DNA of 64,000 nt, from IMG/VR virus record IMGVR_UViG_3300004463_000226, positions 124,001 through 188,000 of that record; one strand, written 5' to 3'. The notes below the pieces were generated by a model. The model was not told the origin of the DNA, did no database searches, and saw nothing but the letters and a program-made list of their open reading frames with translations. The position numbers and the translations under genes were made by a program. Below, piece after piece: positions 18,778 to 28,003 of this stretch. Each line of letters starts with the position of its first letter. The stretch's first letter is position 1.

Positions 18778-18843
18778 CACATACTTTCATTTATAATTTT
18801 GTTGAAATGGATTTGAAAGTTTACTATGATCCAAAAAAAAAGA

Positions 18844-18867
18844 AAACCATAGGAAACCCTATGGTTT
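18844..18867 (-). terminator. terminator
   Basis: aaaccatagg-aaac-cctatggttt, A-tract on left. Confidence 0.75.
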
Positions 18868-19447
18868 ATTTAATGTACACATCTACAAGATTACCATCTT
18901 CATAGACAATTGTTCTACCTGAATGTGTAGTAGATGTAATTTTGAGATAGTACTCATCTTTTGATCCTACACAATGAACAAAATTTTTCGTTATCGTAGA
19001 TACAGTAAAGCATTCTCCAGCTTCAGTTATAGTCCGTTCAAATATCAAATTATCACAACCAGTTCTATCTGTATAATCATTTGATATTAATATATTATTT
19101 TTAGCAACTACCTGATTCTCCCAGTATCTTTTTAATCCTCGTTCATGCATAGCATCAGTTAATATTAATTCTATTTTTGCTTCTGTTATCATATCTATAG
19201 ATGATTGATATACTTCTTCATGAGATTCATTTAATGTATCGGGATCACCATAATCGGAAAGGAATTGACCTAGACTACTATATAATAGTGAAGCCCCTTT
19301 AACATTGAGCTCCAACTCAAATTCAGGATGATCTGCATGAGAATCTAATTTAAAGGTTTCATCAACCTCATTAGTCCACATATACATTTTATTTCCTTTT
19401 TTATCATAAAACCCACCCATTGGTATTTCTTTACGTTTCTTACTCAT
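18866..19447 (-). CDS. hypothetical protein
   Basis: Start moved to MSKKRK (SD GAGGAGG). Confidence 0.75.
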   Translation of the reverse strand: MSKKRKEIPMGGFYDKKGNKMYMWTNEVDETFKLDSHADHPEFELELNVKGASLLYSSLGQFLSDYGDPDTLNESHEEVYQSSIDMITEAKIELILTDAMHERGLKRYWENQVVAKNNILISNDYTDRTGCDNLIFERTITEAGECFTVSTITKNFVHCVGSKDEYYLKITSTTHSGRTIVYEDGNLVDVYIK

Positions 19448-19448
19448 C

Positions 19449-20090
19449 TTATTCCTCCTCCTCTTCTTCATCGTTTTTGAATTTATCAGGATCCATGAAG
19501 CTATCTATCAAACGCCCAAGCTTTCCGACTCCACCCCAAAATTCAAATGTTAATTTCATCTCACCATTCTCATCCGCTAAAGATTCTCCAAACTTTGTAG
19601 TCTTTATTGATAATTCAAAGAATCCTTTTTTTCTATCGCCTCTTATGTGTATAGGTGTTTTATTGGCATCGTATACAACATCACTTATGTAGTCAGGATT
19701 ATCTTTATTCTGTATAAGCTCACCCGTTGTTGTAAATCTTCTTGCCTTTCCAGTTGCCTGTATAGTAGTTGAATATTGAACAGACACATCATCTAATGTA
19801 CCAAATGTAGATATACCTGTTCGATGTAATACAACTATCTTAAAATCTTCTGACTCTTCATCATCTTCGTTAACAAATCTAAGTAGAGTAAGTAATGAAT
19901 TATCATTGTCACTACCTCTTACTCTAGCACTAAATAGAATATTACCCTTCTCTGTTTGCTGGACATATCCTTCAATTCTGTTGAATATATTTCGATTCTC
20001 AGGTATTTCCTCTGATTTCATCCATTTCCAGCACTTATCAAATAATTTTGGTTTCATCATAACTGTTACATACGAAGCATATAATGCCAT
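19449..20090 (-). CDS. hypothetical early protein (paralog of 17374-17901)
   Basis: ORF, SD GGAGGT, early motif 20124-20133. Confidence 0.75.
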   Translation of the reverse strand: MALYASYVTVMMKPKLFDKCWKWMKSEEIPENRNIFNRIEGYVQQTEKGNILFSARVRGSDNDNSLLTLLRFVNEDDEESEDFKIVVLHRTGISTFGTLDDVSVQYSTTIQATGKARRFTTTGELIQNKDNPDYISDVVYDANKTPIHIRGDRKKGFFELSIKTTKFGESLADENGEMKLTFEFWGGVGKLGRLIDSFMDPDKFKNDEEEEEE

Positions 20091-20123
20091 AGTTATTACC
20101 TCCTTTTATTTTCATACCTATTA

Positions 20124-20133
20124 ATAATATATA
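20124..20133 (-). promoter_or_regulatory. putative early promoter motif
   Basis: Intergenic, ahead of 19449-20090. Confidence 0.7.
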
Positions 20134-20157
20134 AATCAAATAATTTTTACGTTAACA

Positions 20158-20182
20158 AACAACTTGATAGAACAAATATTTA
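20158..20182 (+). promoter_or_regulatory. two tandem putative late promoters AACA-N6-TA
   Basis: AACAACTTGATA (20158) and AACAAATATTTA (20171). Confidence 0.7.
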
Positions 20183-20208
20183 AAATATTAAGGAAAGGAA
20201 TGATTTAC

Positions 20209-20694
20209 ATGCTATTTGACCGCAATGGTAGAATGGAGCCTACTCAGGAATCCACATTATCTATTGAAGATCAAGCTCTTATCATGGAAGCTGCAATTCT
20301 TGATTCAGTTTCTCCTGATGAGCTACAAGCATTCTTAGAAAATCATACTGAAGTACAAGCTGCTATTCGTGACGAAGTTCTCTTAGAGAAAACTATCGTT
20401 CGCTTAGACAAAGCTGCTAAAATTACACGCGCACAAAAGGTTGCTGTATTCACAGTGGCTAAAGAGCGTAATGACCCGCTTATCAAAAAGCTTATGACTG
20501 TATGGCGCCTAGAACGCTATCTTGAAGGAACACTTCTTCGCAAATACGGTAGTGAAGGAATGCGTCGTGCTCGTGCGGCAATGAACAAGCCTTCTAAATC
20601 TAAATCTAAAACAGTTAAATCTGTGGCAAGTCGCCTTAAGGGTCAGCTAAATGCTGCTAACGGTCCAGTGCCGACTCAATTAAACAACATTTAA
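20209..20694 (+). CDS. probable virion head/internal protein (acidic propeptide, basic C-half)
   Basis: Two tandem late motifs upstream, terminator downstream; IMEA/LLEK candidate cleavage sites; K/R-rich C-terminus. Confidence 0.6.
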   Translation: MLFDRNGRMEPTQESTLSIEDQALIMEAAILDSVSPDELQAFLENHTEVQAAIRDEVLLEKTIVRLDKAAKITRAQKVAVFTVAKERNDPLIKKLMTVWRLERYLEGTLLRKYGSEGMRRARAAMNKPSKSKSKTVKSVASRLKGQLNAANGPVPTQLNNI

Positions 20695-20701
20695 TACAAA
20701 A

Positions 20702-20741
20702 AAATAATACCATATAGGAAATAACCTATATGGTATTATTT
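20702..20741. terminator. bidirectional terminator
   Basis: aaataataccatatagg-aaataa-cctatatggtattattt between convergent genes. Confidence 0.8.
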
Positions 20742-20749
20742 AATGTCTT

Positions 20750-21442
20750 TTAGATACGTGCAATGGAACGTTCAGTTTTATATTTAAGAGCAGCATATAC
20801 TAACTCTTTCTTATGTGCAGGGACTGCTTCATCCTCATTATCAGAATCTTCAGCCTCCTCAATCATGGAGATCCACGCAAATAGTTCATCATATGTTACA
20901 TCGTCAATACGCTCAAGAACTTCTTCTGTACTAAAATCATTTCTCTTCAGAGCAGAACTCAGGAACATATAGCCGATGTCATGAGTGTTATCAAGAATAA
21001 ACTGCTTAGATACTCTATCAGCATATGCATTGATCATTGTAGCAAATGTATCAACAGCCTCTTCATCAACCAATGTTGTAGATATGTAAGTAAACAAACT
21101 CTTGATTAAAGATTCTTTATATTCAACAGAGTAATCTTTAGCAAGAAGCATGTTAAGATAATCGCCTTCACGATGAAGATCAAACACTACCCGATTAAAT
21201 ACAACTTTGGAACGCTCCTCCAGGATATACTGAGGAACTTCACTGTTCTTTAATATTGCACCAAAATGCAGAATATCAAGATACTTACCAATAAATGCTT
21301 CTGATAAACTGGTTCTAGAAAGAAGCTCTAGAATATGACCTCTGGCTTTTTCCTCATCTTCAATATGAGGTATTAAACTCCTAACCAGATTAATATCAAT
21401 CTCACCATTTGCACCTGTAATTGCTTTTTCAAATACGTTCAT
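20750..21442 (-). CDS. hypothetical early protein, helical repeats
   Basis: LSEAFIGKYLDIL-type repeats; early motif 21484-21493. Confidence 0.7.
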   Translation of the reverse strand: MNVFEKAITGANGEIDINLVRSLIPHIEDEEKARGHILELLSRTSLSEAFIGKYLDILHFGAILKNSEVPQYILEERSKVVFNRVVFDLHREGDYLNMLLAKDYSVEYKESLIKSLFTYISTTLVDEEAVDTFATMINAYADRVSKQFILDNTHDIGYMFLSSALKRNDFSTEEVLERIDDVTYDELFAWISMIEEAEDSDNEDEAVPAHKKELVYAALKYKTERSIARI

Positions 21443-21483
21443 AATTAATTTCTCCTAACATAATATATTTTCATTACCTTTTT

Positions 21484-21493
21484 ATAATATATA
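21484..21493 (-). promoter_or_regulatory. putative early promoter motif
   Basis: Intergenic, ahead of 20750-21442. Confidence 0.7.
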
Positions 21494-21507
21494 ATCAAAG
21501 ACGCTTA

Positions 21508-21765
21508 CTATTCGATAATAGAAGAAACATCATCAATGATATCGAGATAAACAATAAAGACTATAGTCTGCTCATGTTCGTCGACCAGTTTAATAACTTT
21601 AGTTACTCTAAAATAATGTAGTCCTATCCTACTATTAATCCTCATATAGTTTCCAACAGATACTTCTATATCTTCATCATATATGCTAGTTTCAATTATT
21701 CCATACTCATCATGCCTATATAGATATTTAAAGGATCTAATAGTCATTTTTCTATGCTCCTTCAT
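21508..21765 (-). CDS. hypothetical protein
   Basis: ORF overlapping upstream stop. Confidence 0.7.
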   Translation of the reverse strand: MKEHRKMTIRSFKYLYRHDEYGIIETSIYDEDIEVSVGNYMRINSRIGLHYFRVTKVIKLVDEHEQTIVFIVYLDIIDDVSSIIE

Positions 21766-22010
21766 TTAGGTGTGTTCCATAATATCTTAGTTTGTATTGT
21801 TGGCGGTACTTGTTCGAAAGGAACTTGAGTTAGGTCGATGATAAATACTTTGGTTTTTCTATCTAAGTCTAGATACCAACCAATATCAGAAATAGTGTGG
21901 TATTCATTGTTAATAACTATACCCAATCCTTTGCTAAATTCTAGTTCTTCTTTAGCCTCAATAGAGTCAATTATTTTACAGCTCTCACGAATTAAATACT
22001 CTAACCTCAT
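21762..22010 (-). CDS. hypothetical protein
   Basis: Start moved to MRLEYL (SD AGGAGG). Confidence 0.7.
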   Translation of the reverse strand: MRLEYLIRESCKIIDSIEAKEELEFSKGLGIVINNEYHTISDIGWYLDLDRKTKVFIIDLTQVPFEQVPPTIQTKILWNTPK

Positions 22011-22036
22011 AGTGAATCCTCCTAGAAAATTATATT

Positions 22037-22046
22037 TATATATTAT
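22037..22046 (+). promoter_or_regulatory. putative early promoter motif
   Basis: Ahead of nvRNAP beta-prime gene. Confidence 0.65.
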
Positions 22047-22139
22047 ATTGATAGTTAACGACATTATAAAAATCTATTACGAATTAATTTTTACTAGTGT
22101 CGAAACAGTCCATTAGGACAGAAGGAGGAGAAATAGAAT

Positions 22140-24125
22140 ATGGAAAAAAATGTGGTAGACATTATTAATCTATTTAGTAACAATGTAATTAGTATTGAGG
22201 ACATGACAGAGACAAGGGAAATATATAATGGGTCAATAGAGAAATATTATGACTTCATTAAACAAGGATTTGAACATGTTGAATTAAGAGAATGTCCTGT
22301 TCATTTTAGATTCTTCGATAAAGAAGATCAAATGATCCATACGTTACAACTCAGACACTTTGTAACAAACTTAATGTTCTGGGAGCCAATTGTACGTATG
22401 GGTGTTTATGATGTGATAGATGAAAGCTATATCGTAGATTGTACTAAACTATCTAATCGTCTTATCAAGAATTATATTGACGAGAAGATCATTATACCTT
22501 TTAAGACAGAAGTAGAGAATGTCAAGCTAAATAAAGTAATTCATGATATGATTCACAATTTAGGTAGAATCTCTACCGATTTTAATATACTTCTAGGATT
22601 GTCAATGAACGTAGAAACATTCATTGATGTTGCTAATAAGAACGCTAGATTTAATGAAATCATCCGTACAACTATTGATGATTCAATGCAGCCAAATGAG
22701 ATTGAAAGTTATCTGGATAAACTTACTAAGGAACAGATGGGTATCTTAATGGTTGATGATAACATGCTTAAACCTATACTGAAATCTGGTACAGGTATTA
22801 AGGCTGGACAGTTTAAAGAGTTTGCTGTTAACGCAGGATTAAAACCAGATATTGATGGTAATACAATTCCTATTGCTGTAAACTCTAACTTTATCGTTGG
22901 TGGTTTGAATAACATTACCAACTACTATATCGACTCATTGGGTGGGCGTAAATCCATCATTATGAATAAAACAGTAATGGGTCGCTCAGGACACTTTGCT
23001 CGGATGGTTATGTTATTATCATCTACAGTAAGAATGAGAAAAGATGAGAAAGACTGTGGCACAGTACATTCTTCTAAGATTAATGTAAGAACAGAAGAGC
23101 ATTTGTATCGTCTAAAAGGCAGATATTATAGATTGATGCATGACCGACAGTATAGGTTATTAAAAGGAACCGAAAGACATTTGATTGGTAGAGATATATT
23201 GATTCGTACTCCAGCCAAATGTGCATCTAAAGAAATTTGTAAAACTTGCTACGGTCATCTATATTATACTAATCGTGACCTCGAATCTATTGGAGGCTTC
23301 GCTGGTGCAAAGATAACAGAGCCATTATCTCAGTCTATTCTATCTTCTAAACACTTACTTACAACACAGTCAGAGAAGATTGAGTTCAATGAAGAATTCT
23401 ATTCATTCTTCAAGCTTAATGCCAATGAGATTATGATTAACGGCGACAATGAGAATATCGAAAGATATAGCATTGTTCTTATCCGTGAAAATATTCAAAC
23501 TATTGATGAGTTTGATGAAGCAGAGTTCAACAGCTACGTTGATACATTCCATATCAAAGATAAAAAGACTGGTGACTTGATTGAGATCCAAGAAAAACAT
23601 ATCAAGGAGCTTTATATCGCACCAGATGTAAAAGAACTTATGGTTCGTCCAAAAGGAAATAAAGAGATTCTTGAGATTGATCTTTCTAAAGTCGGTGATG
23701 ATGATAGAATCTTCGTTGTCGAAATCTCTAATAACGAATTAACAAAACCACTATACAACATCATGTATCTACTTAATAACAAAAAGCGTCGTGAAGAAGC
23801 TGGAGTATTTACAATTGATGAAATGATTCAACGTATGCTAGACCTGCTGATTGAATCTAAGATTGATGCTGATTCAGTACACGGTGAGTTATTAATACGT
23901 CCATTGATTCGTAATTCTAATAACGTTCTGAAGATTCCTGATTTCAAACGTTACAATGCAAGTCGTGAGTATGAAGTATTGACTGTAGAAGGTGCATTAC
24001 AACGCCATCCATCAGTACTAATCAGCTTATCTTTCCAAGACATTGGAAGACAATTAACTAATCCACTGACGTTTAAGAAGAGAGAAACATCATTTATTGA
24101 TCCTTTCTTCCAAGAACGTCCATAG
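22140..24125 (+). CDS. non-virion RNA polymerase beta-prime C-terminal subunit (AR9 gp154 / phiKZ gp74-like)
   Basis: Bridge helix KTVMGRSGHFARMV, Zn site DCGT...CASKEICKTCYG, trigger loop EPLSQSILSSKH, C-terminal SVLISLSFQD; no NADFDGD. Confidence 0.9.
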   Translation: MEKNVVDIINLFSNNVISIEDMTETREIYNGSIEKYYDFIKQGFEHVELRECPVHFRFFDKEDQMIHTLQLRHFVTNLMFWEPIVRMGVYDVIDESYIVDCTKLSNRLIKNYIDEKIIIPFKTEVENVKLNKVIHDMIHNLGRISTDFNILLGLSMNVETFIDVANKNARFNEIIRTTIDDSMQPNEIESYLDKLTKEQMGILMVDDNMLKPILKSGTGIKAGQFKEFAVNAGLKPDIDGNTIPIAVNSNFIVGGLNNITNYYIDSLGGRKSIIMNKTVMGRSGHFARMVMLLSSTVRMRKDEKDCGTVHSSKINVRTEEHLYRLKGRYYRLMHDRQYRLLKGTERHLIGRDILIRTPAKCASKEICKTCYGHLYYTNRDLESIGGFAGAKITEPLSQSILSSKHLLTTQSEKIEFNEEFYSFFKLNANEIMINGDNENIERYSIVLIRENIQTIDEFDEAEFNSYVDTFHIKDKKTGDLIEIQEKHIKELYIAPDVKELMVRPKGNKEILEIDLSKVGDDDRIFVVEISNNELTKPLYNIMYLLNNKKRREEAGVFTIDEMIQRMLDLLIESKIDADSVHGELLIRPLIRNSNNVLKIPDFKRYNASREYEVLTVEGALQRHPSVLISLSFQDIGRQLTNPLTFKKRETSFIDPFFQERP

Positions 24126-24134
24126 GAGGATTAT

Positions 24135-24590
24135 ATGATACAGACAACATTTACCTATTATAATCATGAACCTGAAATTGAATTAGGTAGGGGTTTTAAA
24201 ACCCCTACCGTGTATCCAAGTGATAATGTAGGGGAATTAGTTCTATCATTGGATTATGAAGTAATTCAATACATATATCATTATAGACCATGGAATAGAA
24301 CAGAAACACCTAAACAAGAATTCATAGATAAAATAGTTTCTTTAGCGGGGACTGAACATGTAAACTATTTGGTGCTAAATGAACTCTTTAATCAAAAAGT
24401 GTATTTCGATTTAAGGTTTATGGAAGAACCCGAGACTGACATTCATATGTCATATACAGAAATAATGCCTTATGGTGACGATTTACAATGTATTATCAAA
24501 CATCCTTACACAATTAAATTAAGAGCAAAGGTCACTTCTATCAAATTACCAGAGGAGAATAAAAAATGCCAATCAACTTGGAAATTATAG
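24135..24590 (+). CDS. hypothetical protein
   Basis: ORF with SD AGGAGG. Confidence 0.7.
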   Translation: MIQTTFTYYNHEPEIELGRGFKTPTVYPSDNVGELVLSLDYEVIQYIYHYRPWNRTETPKQEFIDKIVSLAGTEHVNYLVLNELFNQKVYFDLRFMEEPETDIHMSYTEIMPYGDDLQCIIKHPYTIKLRAKVTSIKLPEENKKCQSTWKL

Positions 24591-24739
24591 CATCATCTAT
24601 TGCACTATTATGTGCTATCGGTTCACTTACATTTGGGATACTTACTGTACTGAGTGCTAGAAGATTTAAAAAACAACAAGATGAAGCAAATGCTGAATTA
24701 GATAAGAGACTTGCTGAGATCGAAAAAGGAGGAAAATAA
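24566..24739 (+). CDS. small membrane protein (57 aa; N-terminal TM + charged coiled tail), absent from ORF track
   Basis: Manual translation MPINLEIIASSIALLCAIGSLTFGILTVLSARRFKKQQDEANAELDKRLAEIEKGGK; SD AGAGGAG. Confidence 0.75.
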   Translation: MPINLEIIASSIALLCAIGSLTFGILTVLSARRFKKQQDEANAELDKRLAEIEKGGK

Positions 24740-24740
24740 A

Positions 24741-25037
24741 ATGGAAGAAGTAAAAGATCTTAAAAGTGTTGTTGGTAACCATGCGGGAATACCTTTTACG
24801 GATGAAGACAGTGATTCAATGCAGAAATCAATGAAGTTTTTAATAGATTTATTAAAGGAAGATGATGTAACAGGAGCTCTTAAGGATATTGAAGCAAAGA
24901 AACCAGTATCTATGCAAAAAATTATACGAGATGAATTAGTATTATGGATTGATTGTAATGACGCTGAGGAGGTTTCAAAGAAGATAGCTAATAACTTGAG
25001 ATCTCTATTTATAGGAGGAACTAAGTATGAAGACTGA
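24741..25037 (+). CDS. hypothetical protein
   Basis: Start moved to MEEVKD (SD AGGAGG). Confidence 0.7.
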   Translation: MEEVKDLKSVVGNHAGIPFTDEDSDSMQKSMKFLIDLLKEDDVTGALKDIEAKKPVSMQKIIRDELVLWIDCNDAEEVSKKIANNLRSLFIGGTKYED

Positions 25038-25311
25038 CACATTAATTGAGATAAATAATTCTCGATTACTAAAACATGTAGCTGATGAGATAAGAGCAAT
25101 ACCTGAAATTAAACCACTTTCTGAAGAAGACCAAGCAAGAAAATTTCTTGAAACCGTGCGTCAAAATCTGTGTATGTCTCTAAGCGTTCCTGTTGAAATA
25201 CTTAATGAATGTTTTGAAGGTAGTAAAGCTCAAGCTACATTTAAAATGGCTGCTACAAAAGAGGCTTTAGAAATGTTTCCAGATGCTGAAATAGATACAA
25301 ATAAAAAATAA
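25027..25311 (+). CDS. hypothetical protein
   Basis: ORF with SD AGGAGG. Confidence 0.7.
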   Translation: MKTDTLIEINNSRLLKHVADEIRAIPEIKPLSEEDQARKFLETVRQNLCMSLSVPVEILNECFEGSKAQATFKMAATKEALEMFPDAEIDTNKK

Positions 25312-25321
25312 TTAATGTTGT

Positions 25322-25333
25322 AACATCATATTG
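25322..25333 (+). promoter_or_regulatory. putative late promoter AACA-N6-TG
   Basis: AACATCATATTG ahead of tad1. Confidence 0.5.
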
Positions 25334-25358
25334 AAACCATTTGAGAGGGGAAACTAAG

Positions 25359-25709
25359 ATGAGAGAGAACGTAGAATCTATTAAAACATCTGAACACACA
25401 TTTATTACACATGAGGCTGAAGTTAAATTTAATGCGCCGCATCATTTTGTTGTACATGATAAAGGTGGACAGATCCTGAGTCTGGTAAATTTTCAATTAG
25501 GACCTATCAAGGAAGCTGGTGTTAACGGCGTTACAAATGAAGATTTACTTCACATGGTTAGATTGCGCCTAGAAGGATTCCAGGCTAGTGAATTTAAATG
25601 CGATGAAAATCAACAGGCATTAGATCATATCATTGCTGCTATTGCATCTTTAGAATCACGTACAAAGAAGCGTCTTGAGCGCGGCGTTGAAGGAACACAT
25701 ACTGTTTAA
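25359..25709 (+). CDS. tad1: Tad1-family anti-Thoeris signalling-molecule sponge
   Basis: HHFVV..NFQLG..GVTNEDLLHMVRLRLEGFQ..F..DEN..ALDH...R...RLERGVEGT matches recalled Tad1 pattern (HEY..FQKG..GV..DLL.IVRDRL.SFQ..F..REN..AL.H..R...R.ER.V.GT). Confidence 0.85.
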   Translation: MRENVESIKTSEHTFITHEAEVKFNAPHHFVVHDKGGQILSLVNFQLGPIKEAGVNGVTNEDLLHMVRLRLEGFQASEFKCDENQQALDHIIAAIASLESRTKKRLERGVEGTHTV

Positions 25710-25725
25710 ATAAGCTACATATGAG

Positions 25726-25747
25726 GCAAGGGTAAATTTACCCTTGC
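25726..25747 (+). terminator. terminator after tad1
   Basis: gcaagggta-aatt-tacccttgc + T-tract. Confidence 0.7.
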
Positions 25748-25784
25748 TTTATTATTAAAATATTCTATTAGGGAGAGAAACCAA

Positions 25785-26330
25785 ATGGCAAATACAATTC
25801 CAATTCATTTTACATCAGAGTCTTTCAAGCAGTTAACACATTATCTGTTTGATGAAATTAAAACTATAAATAAACAAATAAACGATTATAATATGGCATT
25901 GTCTTCTAAGGCTGTTGCTGGCGACAGACAGGCTGGATTAGATGCATTACAAAACATTTCACTTCTTGGTTTAAAGGTCGGTAAGTTATCTATATGCCTT
26001 TATTCTCTTGAGGTAGCCAATGGACGGATGAAGCCATCTAGTTTAGAAAAACCCTATAATCTACATATTGAGGTAGAGAATGCTATTCTCATCAGGGAAT
26101 GCTTGACGGAGGCATTAGTTGAAATATCCAATAATCTTAACAGCTCTATGTTCATAGTACAATCAGCAGTACAGCTAAACACAACACAAGAACAATCAAC
26201 AACTAAGTATATTGATGAAATTCGTGTGGCTAGTGCTGAGTTGAGTAAATTCAGCGATCTCCTTAGTCGAGTTGAAACTGGATTAGTAAATTATGCAAGA
26301 CAAGTTAGTGTAGGATTAATTAAGGAATAA
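25785..26330 (+). CDS. hypothetical helical protein
   Basis: ORF flanked by terminators. Confidence 0.75.
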   Translation: MANTIPIHFTSESFKQLTHYLFDEIKTINKQINDYNMALSSKAVAGDRQAGLDALQNISLLGLKVGKLSICLYSLEVANGRMKPSSLEKPYNLHIEVENAILIRECLTEALVEISNNLNSSMFIVQSAVQLNTTQEQSTTKYIDEIRVASAELSKFSDLLSRVETGLVNYARQVSVGLIKE

Positions 26331-26350
26331 GAGAGTTCACACTCTCTTAT
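26327..26350 (+). terminator. terminator
   Basis: ataagagagt-tcac-actctcttat + T-tract. Confidence 0.7.
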
Positions 26351-26386
26351 TCTTTTTTATAACGCAAAATTAGGAGGAAAAAAATA

Positions 26387-26914
26387 ATGGAGTATTCAAT
26401 CAGTATCGATAGGGGTTTAGATTATGTGTTACGTATGATTTTTAATAAAGTTAAAAGGGAGAATGAAGATACTGTTAAGATTTTAGAGTATTTCAATTAT
26501 GCCAAAGAGGAATTCACTAGGATAACAACAAATGATCCTTTTAGATCAGAGAAAAGAATCATTCTCACTATGGATGAAAAACTGATAAATATTTTAATAG
26601 AATACATTGATATGGAGATTGCTATGTGGTCTTCTTGGGAAAAAGACAACAATCAATATTTAGATGACTATATTACAGAGTATACTGAGGTATATAAACA
26701 AGCGCTTGTTGCAAAAATACCTAAAGCAGATGAATATATAAAATTAGATAAAGGTCGTATCTATGAGTTACTAGACTCTATTGATCATAATGCTGAAATA
26801 GTATTTGATTATAAGCAACTTCGTGCAGCATTAGCAGGAGATGATATGTTATTTGTACATGTAGAGTTGAGTATGGAACATCATAGGTACTATACAATAG
26901 TTGATGAGTATTGA
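26387..26914 (+). CDS. hypothetical protein (C-terminal module shared with next gene)
   Basis: IPxxxxYIKxD...LR..L.G..LFVxVExS..H. Confidence 0.75.
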   Translation: MEYSISIDRGLDYVLRMIFNKVKRENEDTVKILEYFNYAKEEFTRITTNDPFRSEKRIILTMDEKLINILIEYIDMEIAMWSSWEKDNNQYLDDYITEYTEVYKQALVAKIPKADEYIKLDKGRIYELLDSIDHNAEIVFDYKQLRAALAGDDMLFVHVELSMEHHRYYTIVDEY

Positions 26915-26928
26915 TTGGAGGAATATAG

Positions 26929-27459
26929 ATGCCTAAAAAATTTAAATTAAACTTCTCATTACTTGATGCGGTTTCAGATATAGTGGAATCATTAAATAGT
27001 TTAATCAATGATGATAGTAGTATAGTAAATAAATATCTAAAAGATCTTGATGATAAAATAAGTGCATTTTTTGATAACCCTGATAAAACAGTGTATTTTG
27101 ATAAGGATGGAATGGATGTTGAAATAGATAATGATACTATATATGGAATCCTTTGTGCTATAGAAACAGATATTGGAGAACTACAAGAAACGATTGAAGC
27201 AATAGGAGATGATTTAAAGGAATATATAAAAAGACGTGATACTATAATAACCAAATTAGAAGGACAAAATATACCTAATTACCAGGATTATATTAAAATA
27301 GATAGGGACTATGTAGTTCTGGGATTGATGGATATAGTTGATTTCCAAAGAGAAATATTCCACTTAAAAGCCCTTCGTAACACTTTAACAGAAGGCGGAT
27401 CTTTATTTGTTGATGTAGAGATATCTTGGAAAGATCATCATTTATTCACAGACATGTAG
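26929..27459 (+). CDS. hypothetical protein (C-terminal module shared with previous gene)
   Basis: Same C-terminal pattern as 26387-26914. Confidence 0.75.
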   Translation: MPKKFKLNFSLLDAVSDIVESLNSLINDDSSIVNKYLKDLDDKISAFFDNPDKTVYFDKDGMDVEIDNDTIYGILCAIETDIGELQETIEAIGDDLKEYIKRRDTIITKLEGQNIPNYQDYIKIDRDYVVLGLMDIVDFQREIFHLKALRNTLTEGGSLFVDVEISWKDHHLFTDM

Positions 27460-27477
27460 AGAACCTTCAGGTTCTCT
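27458..27477 (+). terminator. terminator
   Basis: agagaacc-ttca-ggttctct + T-tract. Confidence 0.75.
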
Positions 27478-27496
27478 ATTTTTTTATTTTGGAATC

Positions 27497-27508
27497 AACT
27501 TTATAATA
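27497..27508 (+). promoter_or_regulatory. putative variant promoter AACT-N6-TA
   Basis: AACTTTATAATA ahead of helicase operon. Confidence 0.55.
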
Positions 27509-27527
27509 ATGAAAGGGTGGAGGTCAT

Positions 27528-27992
27528 ATGACTAAAAATTTAGCAATTGGAAATAAAACAGGTATGATTAAACATCATCATTTAGATGGATTTGAGTTAT
27601 TTACTACATTTGATTTTGAGGACAATTTACTAGTTATAACGGTATCAAATAAATCAGTAAGAGAAAATGAATTGTTTGTAGAAAAAAACAGTAGACGTGG
27701 ATTCCAGCTTACTGATATTGATAGATTAAGAGATATAACATTTAAGCTCGTTAATGCTACTGATAGTAAAATGTATTTATTTTCACCAGTAGATCCTCAT
27801 GGATTTTGTGCTCGTCATGACTATATACAGTTAGATATATCAGATAAAGCCTACATGTTCCACGGACTACTAGGTCTATATGAACCAATAGAAGAAGGCT
27901 CATATGTTATGTTTAATCTAGATTCTATAACATCAAAAAGTTTATTTAATATAGCTATGCATAGATTTATTGAGGATAAGTTTGGATCATGA
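27528..27992 (+). CDS. hypothetical protein
   Basis: ORF with SD GGAGGT. Confidence 0.75.
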   Translation: MTKNLAIGNKTGMIKHHHLDGFELFTTFDFEDNLLVITVSNKSVRENELFVEKNSRRGFQLTDIDRLRDITFKLVNATDSKMYLFSPVDPHGFCARHDYIQLDISDKAYMFHGLLGLYEPIEEGSYVMFNLDSITSKSLFNIAMHRFIEDKFGS

Positions 27993-28003
27993 GGTGAGTA
28001 TAT

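Noticed and set aside
22140-24125. Group I introns/inteins in RNAP, polymerase, helicase or terminase genes (common in AR9)
   Set aside because: Frames are continuous, of expected length, and show no intein termini or homing-endonuclease insert
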